Under the pieces are notes generated by a model. That model saw only the letters and a list, made by a program, of their open reading frames with translations, was not told the origin of the DNA and did no database searches. Below, one piece after another: positions 37,701 through 48,400 of a stretch of DNA of 64,000 nt (its first letter is position 1; every line of letters starts with the position of its first letter). Origin of the DNA: Eledone cirrhosa (Eukaryota); assembly GCA_964016885.1 (NCBI GenBank), contig OZ024743.1:135904001-135968000 (forward strand), read 5' to 3'. The position numbers were made by a program, and so were the translations under genes.

Positions 37701-38900
37701 TGCTTGGTGCTTGATGTTTGGTGTTTGGTGCTTGGTGTTTGGTGCTTGGTGCTTGGTGCTTGGTGCTTGGTGCTTGGTGTTAGGTATTTGGTGCTTGGTG
37801 CTTGGTGTTTGGTGCTTGGTGTTTGGTGTTTGCTGTTTGGTGTTTGGTGTTTGCTGTTTGGTGTTTGCTGTTTGGTATTTGGTGTTTGCTGTTTGGTGTT
37901 TGGTCTTTGGTGCTTGGTGTTTGGTGCTTGGTGTTTGGTGTTTGGTGCTTGGTGCTTGGTGTTTGGTGTTTGGTGCTTGGTGCCTGGTGTTTGGTGTTTG
38001 GTGTTTGGTGCTTGGTGTCTGGTGCTTGGTGTTTGGTGCTTGGTGTTTGGTGTTTGGTGCTTGGTGCTTGGTGTTTGGTGTTTGGTGCTTGGTGTTTGGT
38101 GTTTGGTGCTTGTTGCTTGGTGCTTGATGTTTGGTGCTTGGTGCTTGGTGTTTGGTGCTGGGTGCTTGGTGCTTGTTATTTGGTTTTTGGTGCTTGGTGC
38201 TTGGTGTTTGGTGTTTGGTGTTATATGCTTGGTGTTTGATGCTTGGTGCTTGGTGCTTGGTGTTTGGTGTTTGGTGTTTGGTGCTTGGTGCTTGGTGTTT
38301 GGTGCTTGGTGCTGAGTGGTTGGTGTTTGGTGCTTGGTGTTTGGTGCTGGGTGCTTGGTGTTTGGTGCTGGGTGCTTGGTGTTTGGTGCTTGGTGCTTGG
38401 TCTTTGGTGCTTGGTGTTTGGTGCTTGGTGCTTGGTGCTTGGTGTTTGGTGCTTGGTGCTTGGTGTTTGGTGCTTGGTGCTTGGTGTTTGCTGTTTGCTG
38501 TTTGGTGTTTGTTGTTTGGTGTTTGTTGTTTGGTGTTTGCTGTTTGGTGTTTGGTGTTTGCTTTTTGGTGTTTGGTGTTTGCTGTATGTTGTTTGCTGTT
38601 TGGTGTTTGGTGTTTGGTGCCTGGTGCTTGGTGCTTGGTGCTTGGTGTTTGGTGTTTGGTGCTTGGTGCTTGGTGCTTGGTGTTTGGTGCTTGGTGCTTG
38701 GTGTTTTGTGTTTCGTGTTTGGTTTTTGGTGCTTGGTGCTTGGTGCTTGGTCCTTGGTGTTAGGTGCTGGGTGCTTTGTGTTTGGTGCTTGGTGCTTGGT
38801 GTTTGGTGTTTGCTGCTTGGTGCTTGATGCTTGGTGTTTGGTGCTTGGTGCTTGGTGCTTGGTGTTTGTACTTGGTGCTTGGTGCTTGGTGTTTGGTTCT
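36180..38900 (+). repeat. 1,231-bp tandem duplication
   Basis: ORF twins 36302/37533, 36571/37802, 36900/38131 and 37085/38316 differ by 1231. Confidence 0.88.
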
Positions 38901-41900
38901 TGGTTCTTGGTGTTTGGTGTTTGGCATTTGGTGTTTGGTGCTTGGTGCTTGGTGTTTGGTGCTTGGTGCTTGGTGTTTGGTGCCTGGTGCTTGGTGCTTG
39001 GTGCTTGGTGTTTGGAGTTTGGTGTTTGGTGCTTGGTGCTTGGTGCTTGGTCCTTGGTGTTTGGTGCTGGGTGCTTTGTGTTTGGTGATTGGTGCTTGGT
39101 GTTTGGTGTTTGCTGCTTGGTGTTTGATGCTTGGTGCTTGGTGTTTTGTGTTTGGTGCTTGGTGCTTGGTGTTTGGTGCTTGGTGCTTGGTGCTTGGTGT
39201 TTGTACTTGGTGCTTGGTGTTTGGTGTTTGGTTCTTGGTTCTTGGTGTTTGGTACTTGGTGCTTGGTGCTTGGTGCTTGGTGTTAGGTATTTGGTACTTG
39301 GTGCTTCGTGTTTGGTGCTTGGTGTTTGGTGTTTGCTGTTTGGAGTTTGGTGTTTGGTGTTTGGTTTTGCTGTCTGGTGTCTGCTTTTTGGTGTTTAGTG
39401 TTTGCTGTATGGTGTTTGCTGTTTCGTGTTTGGTGTTTGCTGTTTGGTGTTTGGTCTTTGGTGCTTGGTGTTTGGTGCTTGGTGTTTGGTGTTTGGTGCT
39501 TGCTGCTTGGTGTTTGGTGTTTGGTGCTTGGTGCTTGGTGTTTGGTGTTTAGTGTTTGGTGCTTGGTGTCTGGTGCTTGGTGTTTGGTGTTTGGTGCTTG
39601 GTGTTTGGTGTTTGGTGATTGGTGCTTGGTGTTTGGTGTTTGCTGCTTGGTGTTTGATGCTTGGTGCTTGGTGTTTTGTGTTTGGTGCTTGGTGCTTGGT
39701 GTTTGGTGCTTGGTTCTTGGTGCTTGGTGTTTGTACTTGGTGCTTGGTGCTTGGTGTTTGGTTCTTGGTTCTTGGTGTTTGGTACTTGGTGCTTGGTGTT
39801 TGGTGTTTGCTGTTTGGTGTTTGGTGTTTGGTGTTTGGTGTTTGCTGTTTGGTGTCTGCTTTTTGGTGTTTAGTGTTTGCTGTATGGTGTTTGGTGTTTG
39901 CTGTTTGGTGTTTGGTCTTTGGTGCTTGGTGTTTGGTGCTCGGTGCTTGGTGTTTGGTATTCGGTGCTTGCTGCTTGGTGTTTGGTGCTTGGTGTTTGCT
40001 GCTTGGTGTTTGATGCTTGGTGCTTGGTGCTTGGTGTTTGGTGTTTGGTGTTTGGTGCTTGGTGTCTGGTGCTTGGTGTTTGGTGCTTGGTGTTTGGTGT
40101 TTGGTGCTTGGTGTTTGGTGTTTGGTGTTTGGTGCTTGGTGCTTGGTGTTTGGTGTTTGGTGTTTGGTGCTTGGTGTCTGGTGCTTGGTGTTTGGTGTTT
40201 GGTGCTTGGTGTTTGGTGTTTGGTGTTTGTTGCTTGGTGCTTGGTGCTTGGTGTTTGGTGTTTGGTGTTTGGTGCTTGGTGCTTGTGTTTGGTGCTTGGT
40301 GCTGAGTGGTTGGTGTTTGGTGCTTGGTGTTTGGTGCTGGGTGCTTGGTTTTTGGTCCTGGGTGCTTGGTGTTTGGTGCTTGGTGCTTGGTGCTTGGTGT
40401 TTGGTGCTTGGTGCTTGGTGTTTGGTGCTTGGTGCTTAGTGTTTGGTGCTAGGTGCTTGGTGTTTGGTGCTTGGTGTTTGGTGCTTGGTGCTTGGTGTTT
40501 GTTGTTTGGTGTTTGGTGCTTGGTGTTTGGTGCTTGGTGCTTGGTGTTTGGTGTTTGGTGCTTGGTGCTTGGTGCTTGGTGTTTGGTGTTTGGTGTTTGG
40601 TGCTTGGTGCTTGGTGTTTGGTGCTTGGTGCTGAGTGGTTGGTGTTTGGTGCTTGGTGTTTGGTGCTGGGTGCTTGGTTTTTGGTCCTGGGTGCTTGGTG
40701 TTTGGTGCTTGGTGCTTGGTGCTTGGTGTTTGGTGCTTGGTGCTTGGTGTTTGGTGCTTGGTGCTTAGTGTTTGGTGCTAGGTGCTTGGTGTTTGGTGCT
40801 TGGTGTTTGGTGCTTGGTGCTTGGTGTTTGGTGTTTGGTGTTTGGTGCTTGGTGCTTGGTGTTTGCTGTTTGCTGTTTGGTGTTTGTTGTTTGGTGTTTG
40901 TTGTTTGGTGTTTGCTGTTTGGTGTTTGGTGTTTGCTATTTGGTGTTTGGTGTTTGCTGTATGTTGTTTGCTGTTTGGTGTTTGGTGTTTGGTGTTTGGT
41001 GTTTGGTGTTTGGTGTTTGGTGCTTGGTGTTTGGTGCTTGGTGCTTGGTGTTTGGTGCCTGGTGCTTGGTGCTTGATGCTTGGTGTTTGGTTTTTGGTGC
41101 TTGGTGCTTGGTGCTTGGTCCTTGGTGTTTGGTGCTGGGTGCTTTGTGTTTGGTGCTTGGTGCTTGGTGCTTGGTGTTTGGTGTTTGCTGCTTGGTGTTT
41201 GATGCTTGGTGCTTGGTGCTTGGTGTTTTGTGTTTGGTGCTTGGTGCTTGGTGTTTGGTGCTTGGTGCTTGGTGCTTGGTGTTTGTACTTGGTGCTTGGT
41301 GCTTGGTGTTTGGTTCTTGGTTCTTGGTGTTTGGTGTTTTGCGTTTGGTGTTTGGTGCTTGGTGTTTGGTGCTTGGTGCTTGGTGTTTGGTGCCTGGTGC
41401 TTGGTGCTTGGTGCTTGGTGTTTGGTGTTTGGTGCTTGGTGCTTGGAGTTTGGTGTTTGGTGCTTGGTGCTTGGTGCTTGGTCCTTGGTGTTTGGTGCAG
41501 GGTGCTTTGTGTTTGGTGATTGGTGCTTGGTGTTTGGTGTTTGCTGCTTGGTGCTTGGTGCTTGGTGTTTCTACTTGGTGCTTGGTGCTTGGTGTTTGGT
41601 TCTTGGTTCTTGGTTTTTGGTACTTGGTGCTTGGTGCTTGGTGCTTGATGTTTGGTGTTTGGTGCTTGGTGTTTGGTGCTTGGTGGTTGGTGCTTGGTGC
41701 TTGGTGCTTGGTGTTAGGTATTTGGTGCTTGGTGCTTGGTGTTTGGTGCTTGGTGTTTGGTGTTTGCTGTTTGGTGTTTGGTGTTTGCTGTTTGGTGTTT
41801 GCTGTTTGGTGTTTGGTGTTTGCTGTTTGGTGTTTGGTCTTTGGTGCTTGGTGTTTGGTGCTTCGTGTTTGGTGTTTGGTGCTTGGTGCTTGGTGCTTGG

Positions 41901-44900
41901 TGTTTGGTGCTTGGTGCTTGGTGTTTTGTGTTTCGTGTTTGGTTTTTGGTGCTTGGTGCTTGGTGCTTGGTCCTTGGTGTTAGGTGCTGGGTGCTTTGTG
42001 TTTGGTGCTTGGTGCTTGGTGTTTGGTGTTTGCTGCTTGGTGCTTGATGCTTGGTGTTTGGTGCTTGGTGCTTGGTGCTTGGTGTTTGTACTTGGTGCTT
42101 AGTGCTTGGTGTTTGGTTCTTGGTTCTTGGTGTTTGGTGCTTGGCATTTGGTGTTTGGTGCTTGGTGCTTGGTGTTTGGTGCTTGGTGCTTGGTGTTTGG
42201 TGCCTGGTGCTTGGTGCTTGGTGCTTGGTGTTTGGAGTTTGGTGTTTGGTGCTTGGTGCTTGGTGCTTGGTCCTTGGTGTTTGGTGCTGGGTGCTTTGTG
42301 TTTGGTGATTGGTGCTTGGTGTTTGGTGTTTGCTGCTTGGTGTTTGATGCTTGGTGCTTGGTGTTTTGTGTTTGGTGCTTGGTGCTTGGTGTTTGGTGCT
42401 TGGTGCTTGGTGCTTGGTGTTTGTACTTGGTGCTTGGTGTTTGGTGTTTGGTTCTTGGTTCTTGGTGTTTGGTACTTGGTGCTTTGTGCTTGGTGCTTGT
42501 TGTTAGGTATTTGGTGCTTGGTGTTAGGTGTTTGGTGCTTGGTGCTTGGTGTTTGGTGTTTGGTGCTTGGTGTTTGGTGTTTGGTTGTTGGTGTTTGGTG
42601 CTTGGAACTTGGTGCTTGGTGCTTGGTGTTAGGTGTTTGGTGCTTGGTGCTTGGTGTCTGGTTTTTGGTGCTTGGTGCTTGGTGTTTGGTGTTTGGTGCT
42701 TGCTGCTGGTTGCTTGGTGTTTGGTGCTTGATGATTGGTGCTTGGTGTTTGGGGCTTGGTGTTTGGTGTTTGGTGCTAGGTGCTTGGTGTTTGGTGCTTG
42801 GTGCTTGGTGTTTGTACTTGGTGCTTGGTGCTTGGTTCTTTGTGTTTGGTGCTTGGTGCTTGGTGTTTGGTGCTTGGTGCTTGGTGTTTGGTGCTTGGTG
42901 CTTGGTGCTTGGTGTTTGGTGCTTGGTGTTAGGTGTTTGGTGCTTGGTGCTTGGTGTTTGGTGTTTGGTGCTTGGTGCTTGGTGTTTGGTGCTTGGTGCT
43001 TGGTGTTTGGTGTTTGGTGTTTGGTGCTTGGTGCTTGGTGTTTGCTGTTTGCTGTTTGGTGTTTGTTGTTTGGTGTTTGTTGTTTGGTGTTTGCTGTTTG
43101 GTGTTTGGTGTTTGCTATTTGGTGTTTGGTGTTTGCTGTATGCTGTTTGCTGTTTGGTGTTTGGTGTTTGGTGTTTGGTGTTTGGTGTTTGGTGTTTGGT
43201 GCTTGGTGTTTGGTGCTTGGTGCTTGGTGTTTGGTGCCTGGTGCTTGGTGCTTGATGCTTGGTGTTTGGTTTTTGGTGCTTGGTGCTTGGTGCTTGGTCC
43301 TTGGTGTTTGGTGCTGGGTGCTTTGTGTTTGGTGCTTGGTGCTTGGTGCTTGGTGTTTGGTGTTTGCTGCTTGGTGTTTGATGCTTGGTGCTTGGTGCTT
43401 GGTGTTTTGTGTTTGGTGCTTGGTGCTTGGTGTTTGGTGCTTGGTGCTTGGTGCTTGGTGTTTGTACTTGGTGCTTGGTGCTTGGTGTTTGGTTCTTGGT
43501 TCTTGGTGTTTGGTGTTTTGCGTTTGGTGTTTGGTGCTTGGTGTTTGGTGCTTGGTGCTTGGTGTTTGGTGCCTGGTGCTTGGTGCTTGGTGCTTGGTGT
43601 TTGGTGTTTGGTGCTTGGTGCTTGGAGTTTGGTGTTTGGTGCTTGGTGCTTGGTGCTTGGTCCTTGGTGTTTGGTGCAGGGTGCTTTGTGTTTGGTGATT
43701 GGTGCTTGGTGTTTGGTGTTTGCTGCTTGGTGCTTGGTGCTTGGTGTTTCTACTTGGTGCTTGGTGCTTGGTGTTTGGTTCTTGGTTCTTGGTTTTTGGT
43801 ACTTGGTGCTTGGTGCTTGGTGCTTGATGTTTGGTGTTTGGTGCTTGGTGTTTGGTGCTTGGTGGTTGGTGCTTGGTGCTTGGTGCTTGGTGTTAGGTAT
43901 TTGGTGCTTGGTGCTTGGTGTTTGGTGCTTGGTGTTTGGTGTTTGCTGTTTGGTGTTTGGTGTTTGCTGTTTGGTGTTTGCTGTTTGGTGTTTGGTGTTT
44001 GCTGTTTGGTGTTTGGTCTTTGGTGCTTGGTGCTTGGTGCTTGGTGTTTGGTGCTTGGTGCTTGGTGTTTTGTGTTTCGTGTTTGGTTTTTGGTGCTTGG
44101 TGCTTGGTGCTTGGTCCTTGGTGTTAGGTGCTGGGTGCTTTGTGTTTGGTGCTTGGTGCTTGGTGTTTGGTGTTTGCTGCTTGGTGCTTGATGCTTGGTG
44201 TTTGGTGCTTGGTGCTTGGTGCTTGGTGTTTGTACTTGGTGCTTAGTGCTTGGTGTTTGGTTCTTGGTTCTTGGTGTTTGGTGCTTGGCATTTGGTGTTT
44301 GGTGCTTGGTGCTTGGTGTTTGGTGCTTGGTGCTTGGTGTTTGGTGCCTGGTGCTTGGTGCTTGGTGCTTGGTGTTTGGAGTTTGGTGTTTGGTGCTTGG
44401 TGCTTGGTGCTTGGTCCTTGGTGTTTGGTGCTGGGTGCTTTGTGTTTGGTGATTGGTGCTTGGTGTTTGGTGTTTGCTGCTTGGTGTTTGATGCTTGGTG
44501 CTTGGTGTTTTGTGTTTGGTGCTTGGTGCTTGGTGTTTGGTGCTTGGTGCTTGGTGCTTGGTGTTTGTACTTGGTGCTTGGTGTTTGGTGTTTGGTTCTT
44601 GGTTCTTGGTGTTTGGTACTTGGTGCTTGGTGCTTGGTGCTTGTTGTTAGGTATTTGGTGCTTGGTGTTAGGTGTTTGGTGCTTGGTGCTTGGTGTTTGG
44701 TGTTTGGTGCTTGGTGTTTGGTGTTTGGTTGTTGGTGTTTGGTGCTTGGAACTTGGTGCTTGGTGCTTGGTGTTAGGTGTTTGGTGCTTGGTGCTTGGTG
44801 TCTGGTTTTTGGTGCTTGGTGCTTGGTGTTTGGTGTTTGGTGCTTGCTGCTGGTTGCTTGGTGTTTGGTGCTTGATGATTGGTGCTTGGTGTTTGGGGCT

Positions 44901-45420
44901 TGGTGTTTGGTGTTTGGTGCTAGGTGCTTGGTGTTTGGTGCTTGGTGCTTGGTGTTTGTACTTGGTGCTTGGTGCTTGGTTCTTTGTGTTTGGTGCTTGG
45001 TGCTTGGTGTTTGGTGCTTGGTGCTTGGTGTTTGGTGCTTGGTGCTTGGTGCTTGGTGTTTGGTGCTTGGTGTTAGGTGTTTGGTGCTTGGTGCTTGGTG
45101 TTTGGTGTTTGGTGCTTGGTGCTTGGTGTTTGGTGCTTGGTGCTTGGTGTTTGGTGTTTGGTGTTTGGTGCTTGGTGCTTGGTGTTTGCTGTTTGCTGTT
45201 TGCTGTTTGTTGTTTGGTGTTTGTTGTTTGGTGTTTGCTGTTTGGTGTTTGGTGTTTGCTATTTGGTGTTTGGTGTTTGCTGTATGTTGTTTGCTGTTTG
45301 GTGTTTGGTGTTTGGTGTTTGGTGTTTGGTGTTTGGTGTTTGGTGCTTGGTGTTTGGTGCTTGGTGCTTGGTGTTTGGTGCCTGGTGCTTGGTGCTTGAT
45401 GCTTGGTGTTTGGTTTTTGG
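37500..45420 (+). repeat. Near-identical copy, about 7.9 kb, of 20.1-27.96 kb (offset 17,413 then 17,455 bp)
   Basis: ORF twins 20120/37533 and 21895/39308 differ by 17413. Twins 24529/41984, 26673/44128 and ORF ends 27944/45399 differ by 17455. The 42-bp step is a 6-unit stretch missing near 24030. Confidence 0.9.
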
Positions 45421-48400
45421 TGCTTGATGCTTGGTGTTTGGTGCTTGGTGCTTGGTGCTTGGTGTTTGTACTTGGTGCTTAGTGCTTGGTGTTTGGTTCT
45501 TGGTTCTTGGTGTTTGGTGCTTGGCATTTGGTGTTTGGTGCTTGGTGCTTGGTGTTTGGTGCTTGGTGCTTGGTGTTTGGTGCCTGGTGCTTGGTGCTTG
45601 GTGCTTGGTGTTTGGAGTTTGGTGTTTGGTGCTTGGTGCTTGGTGCTTGGTCCTTGGTGTTTGGTGCTGGGTGCTTTGTGTTTGGTGATTGGTGCTTGGT
45701 GTTTGGTGTTTGCTGCTTGGTGTTTGATGCTTGGTGCTTGGTGTTTTGTGTTTGGTGCTTGGTGCTTGGTGTTTGGTGCTTGGTGCTTGGTGCTTGGTGT
45801 TTGTACTTGGTGCTTGGTGTTTGGTGTTTGGTTCTTGGTTCTTGGTGTTTGGTACTTGGTGCTTTGTGCTTGGTGCTTGTTGTTAGGTATTTGGTGCTTG
45901 GTGTTAGGTGTTTGGTGCTTGGTGCTTGGTGTTTGGTGTTTGGTGCTTGGTGTTTGGTGTTTGGTTGTTGGTGTTTGGTGCTTGGAACTTGGTGCTTGGT
46001 GCTTGGTGTTAGGTGTTTGGTGCTTGGTGCTTGGTGTCTGGTTTTTGGTGCTTGGTGCTTGGTGTTTGGTGTTTGGTGCTTGCTGCTGGTTGCTTGGTGT
46101 TTGGTGCTTGATGATTGGTGCTTGGTGTTTGGGGCTTGGTGTTTGGTGTTTGGTGCTAGGTGCTTGGTGTTTGGTGCTTGGTGCTTGGTGTTTGTACTTG
46201 GTGCTTGGTGCTTGGTTCTTTGTGTTTGGTGCTTGGTGCTTGGTGTTTGGTGCTTGGTGCTTGGTGTTTGGTGCTTGGTGCTTGGTGCTTGGTGTTTGGT
46301 GCTTGGTGTTAGGTGTTTGGTGCTTGGTGCTTGGTGTTTGGTGTTTGGTGCTTGGTGCTTGGTGTTTGGTGCTTGGTGCTTGGTGTTTGGTGTTTGGTGT
46401 CTGGTGCTTGGTGCTTGGTGTTTGCTGTTTGCTGTTTGGTGTTTGTTGTTTGGTGTTTGTTGTTTGGTGTTTGCTGTTTGGTGTTTGGTGTTTGCTATTT
46501 GGTGTTTGGTGTTTGCTGTATGCTGTTTGCTGTTTGGTGTTTGGTGTTTGGTGTTTGGTGTTTGGTGTTTGGTGTTTGGTGCTTGGTGTTTGGTGCTTGG
46601 TGCTTGGTGTTTGGTGCCTGGTGCTTGGTGCTTGATGCTTGGTGTTTGGTTTTTGGTGCTTGGTGCTTGGTGCTTGGTCCTTGGTGTTTGGTGCTGGGTG
46701 CTTTGTGTTTGGTGCTTGGTGCTTGGTGCTTGGTGTTTGGTGTTTGCTGCTTGGTGTTTGATGCTTGGTGCTTGGTGCTTGGTGTTTTGTGTTTGGTGCT
46801 TGGTGCTTGGTGTTTGGTGCTTGGTGCTTGGTGCTTGGTGTTTGTACTTGGTGCTTGGTGCTTGGTGTTTGGTTCTTGGTTCTTGGTGTTTGGTGTTTTG
46901 CGTTTGGTGTTTGGTGCTTGGTGTTTGGTGCTTGGTGCTTGGTGTTTGGTGCCTGGTGCTTGGTGCTTGGTGCTTGGTGTTTGGTGTTTGGTGCTTGGTG
47001 CTTGGAGTTTGGTGTTTGGTGCTTGGTGCTTGGTGCTTGGTCCTTGGTGTTTGGTGCAGGGTGCTTTGTGTTTGGTGATTGGTGCTTGGTGTTTGGTGTT
47101 TGCTGCTTGGTGCTTGGTGCTTGGTGTTTCTACTTGGTGCTTGGTGCTTGGTGTTTGGTTCTTGGTTCTTGGTTTTTGGTACTTGGTGCTTGGTGCTTGG
47201 TGCTTGATGTTTGGTGTTTGGTGCTTGGTGTTTGGTGCTTGGTGGTTGGTGCTTGGTGCTTGGTGCTTGGTGTTAGGTATTTGGTGCTTGGTGCTTGGTG
47301 TTTGGTGCTTGGTGTTTGGTGTTTGCTGTTTGGTGTTTGGTGTTTGCTGTTTGGTGTTTGCTGTTTGGTGTTTGGTGTTTGCTGTTTGGTGTTTGGTCTT
47401 TGGTGCTTGGTGCTTGGTGCTTGGTGTTTGGTGCTTGGTGCTTGGTGTTTTGTGTTTCGTGTTTGGTTTTTGGTGCTTGGTGCTTGGTGCTTGGTCCTTG
47501 GTGTTAGGTGCTGGGTGCTTTGTGTTTGGTGCTTGGTGCTTGGTGTTTGGTGTTTGCTGCTTGGTGCTTGATGCTTGGTGTTTGGTGCTTGGTGCTTGGT
47601 GCTTGGTGTTTGTACTTGGTGCTTAGTGCTTGGTGTTTGGTTCTTGGTTCTTGGTGTTTGGTGCTTGGCATTTGGTGTTTGGTGCTTGGTGCTTGGTGTT
47701 TGGTGCTTGGTGCTTGGTGTTTGGTGCCTGGTGCTTGGTGCTTGGTGCTTGGTGTTTGGAGTTTGGTGTTTGGTGCTTGGTGCTTGGTGCTTGGTCCTTG
47801 GTGTTTGGTGCTGGGTGCTTTGTGTTTGGTGATTGGTGCTTGGTGTTTGGTGTTTGCTGCTTGGTGTTTGATGCTTGGTGCTTGGTGTTTTGTGTTTGGT
47901 GCTTGGTGCTTGGTGTTTGGTGCTTGGTGCTTGGTGCTTGGTGTTTGTACTTGGTGCTTGGTGTTTGGTGTTTGGTTCTTGGTTCTCTGGTGTTTGGTAC
48001 TTGGTGCTTGGTGCTTGGTGCTTGTTGTTAGGTATTTGGTGCTTGGTGTTAGGTGTTTGGTGCTTGGTGCTTGGTGTTTGGTGTTTGGTGCTTGGTGTTT
48101 GGTGTTTGGTTGTTGGTGTTTGGTACTTGGTGCTTGGTGCTTGGTGCTTGTTGTTAGGTATTTGGTGCTTGGTGTTAGGTGTTTGGTGCTTGGTGCTTGG
48201 TGTTTGGTGCTTGGTGCTTGGTGTCTGGTTTTTGGTGCTTGGTGCTTGGTGTTTGGTGTTTGGTGCTTGCTGCTGGTTGCTTGGTGTTTGGTGCTTGATG
48301 ATTGGTGCTTGGTGTTTGGGGCTTGGTGTTTGGTGTTTGGTGCTAGGTGCTTGGTGTTTGGTGCTTGGTGCTTGGTGTTTGTACTTGGTGCTTGGTGCTT

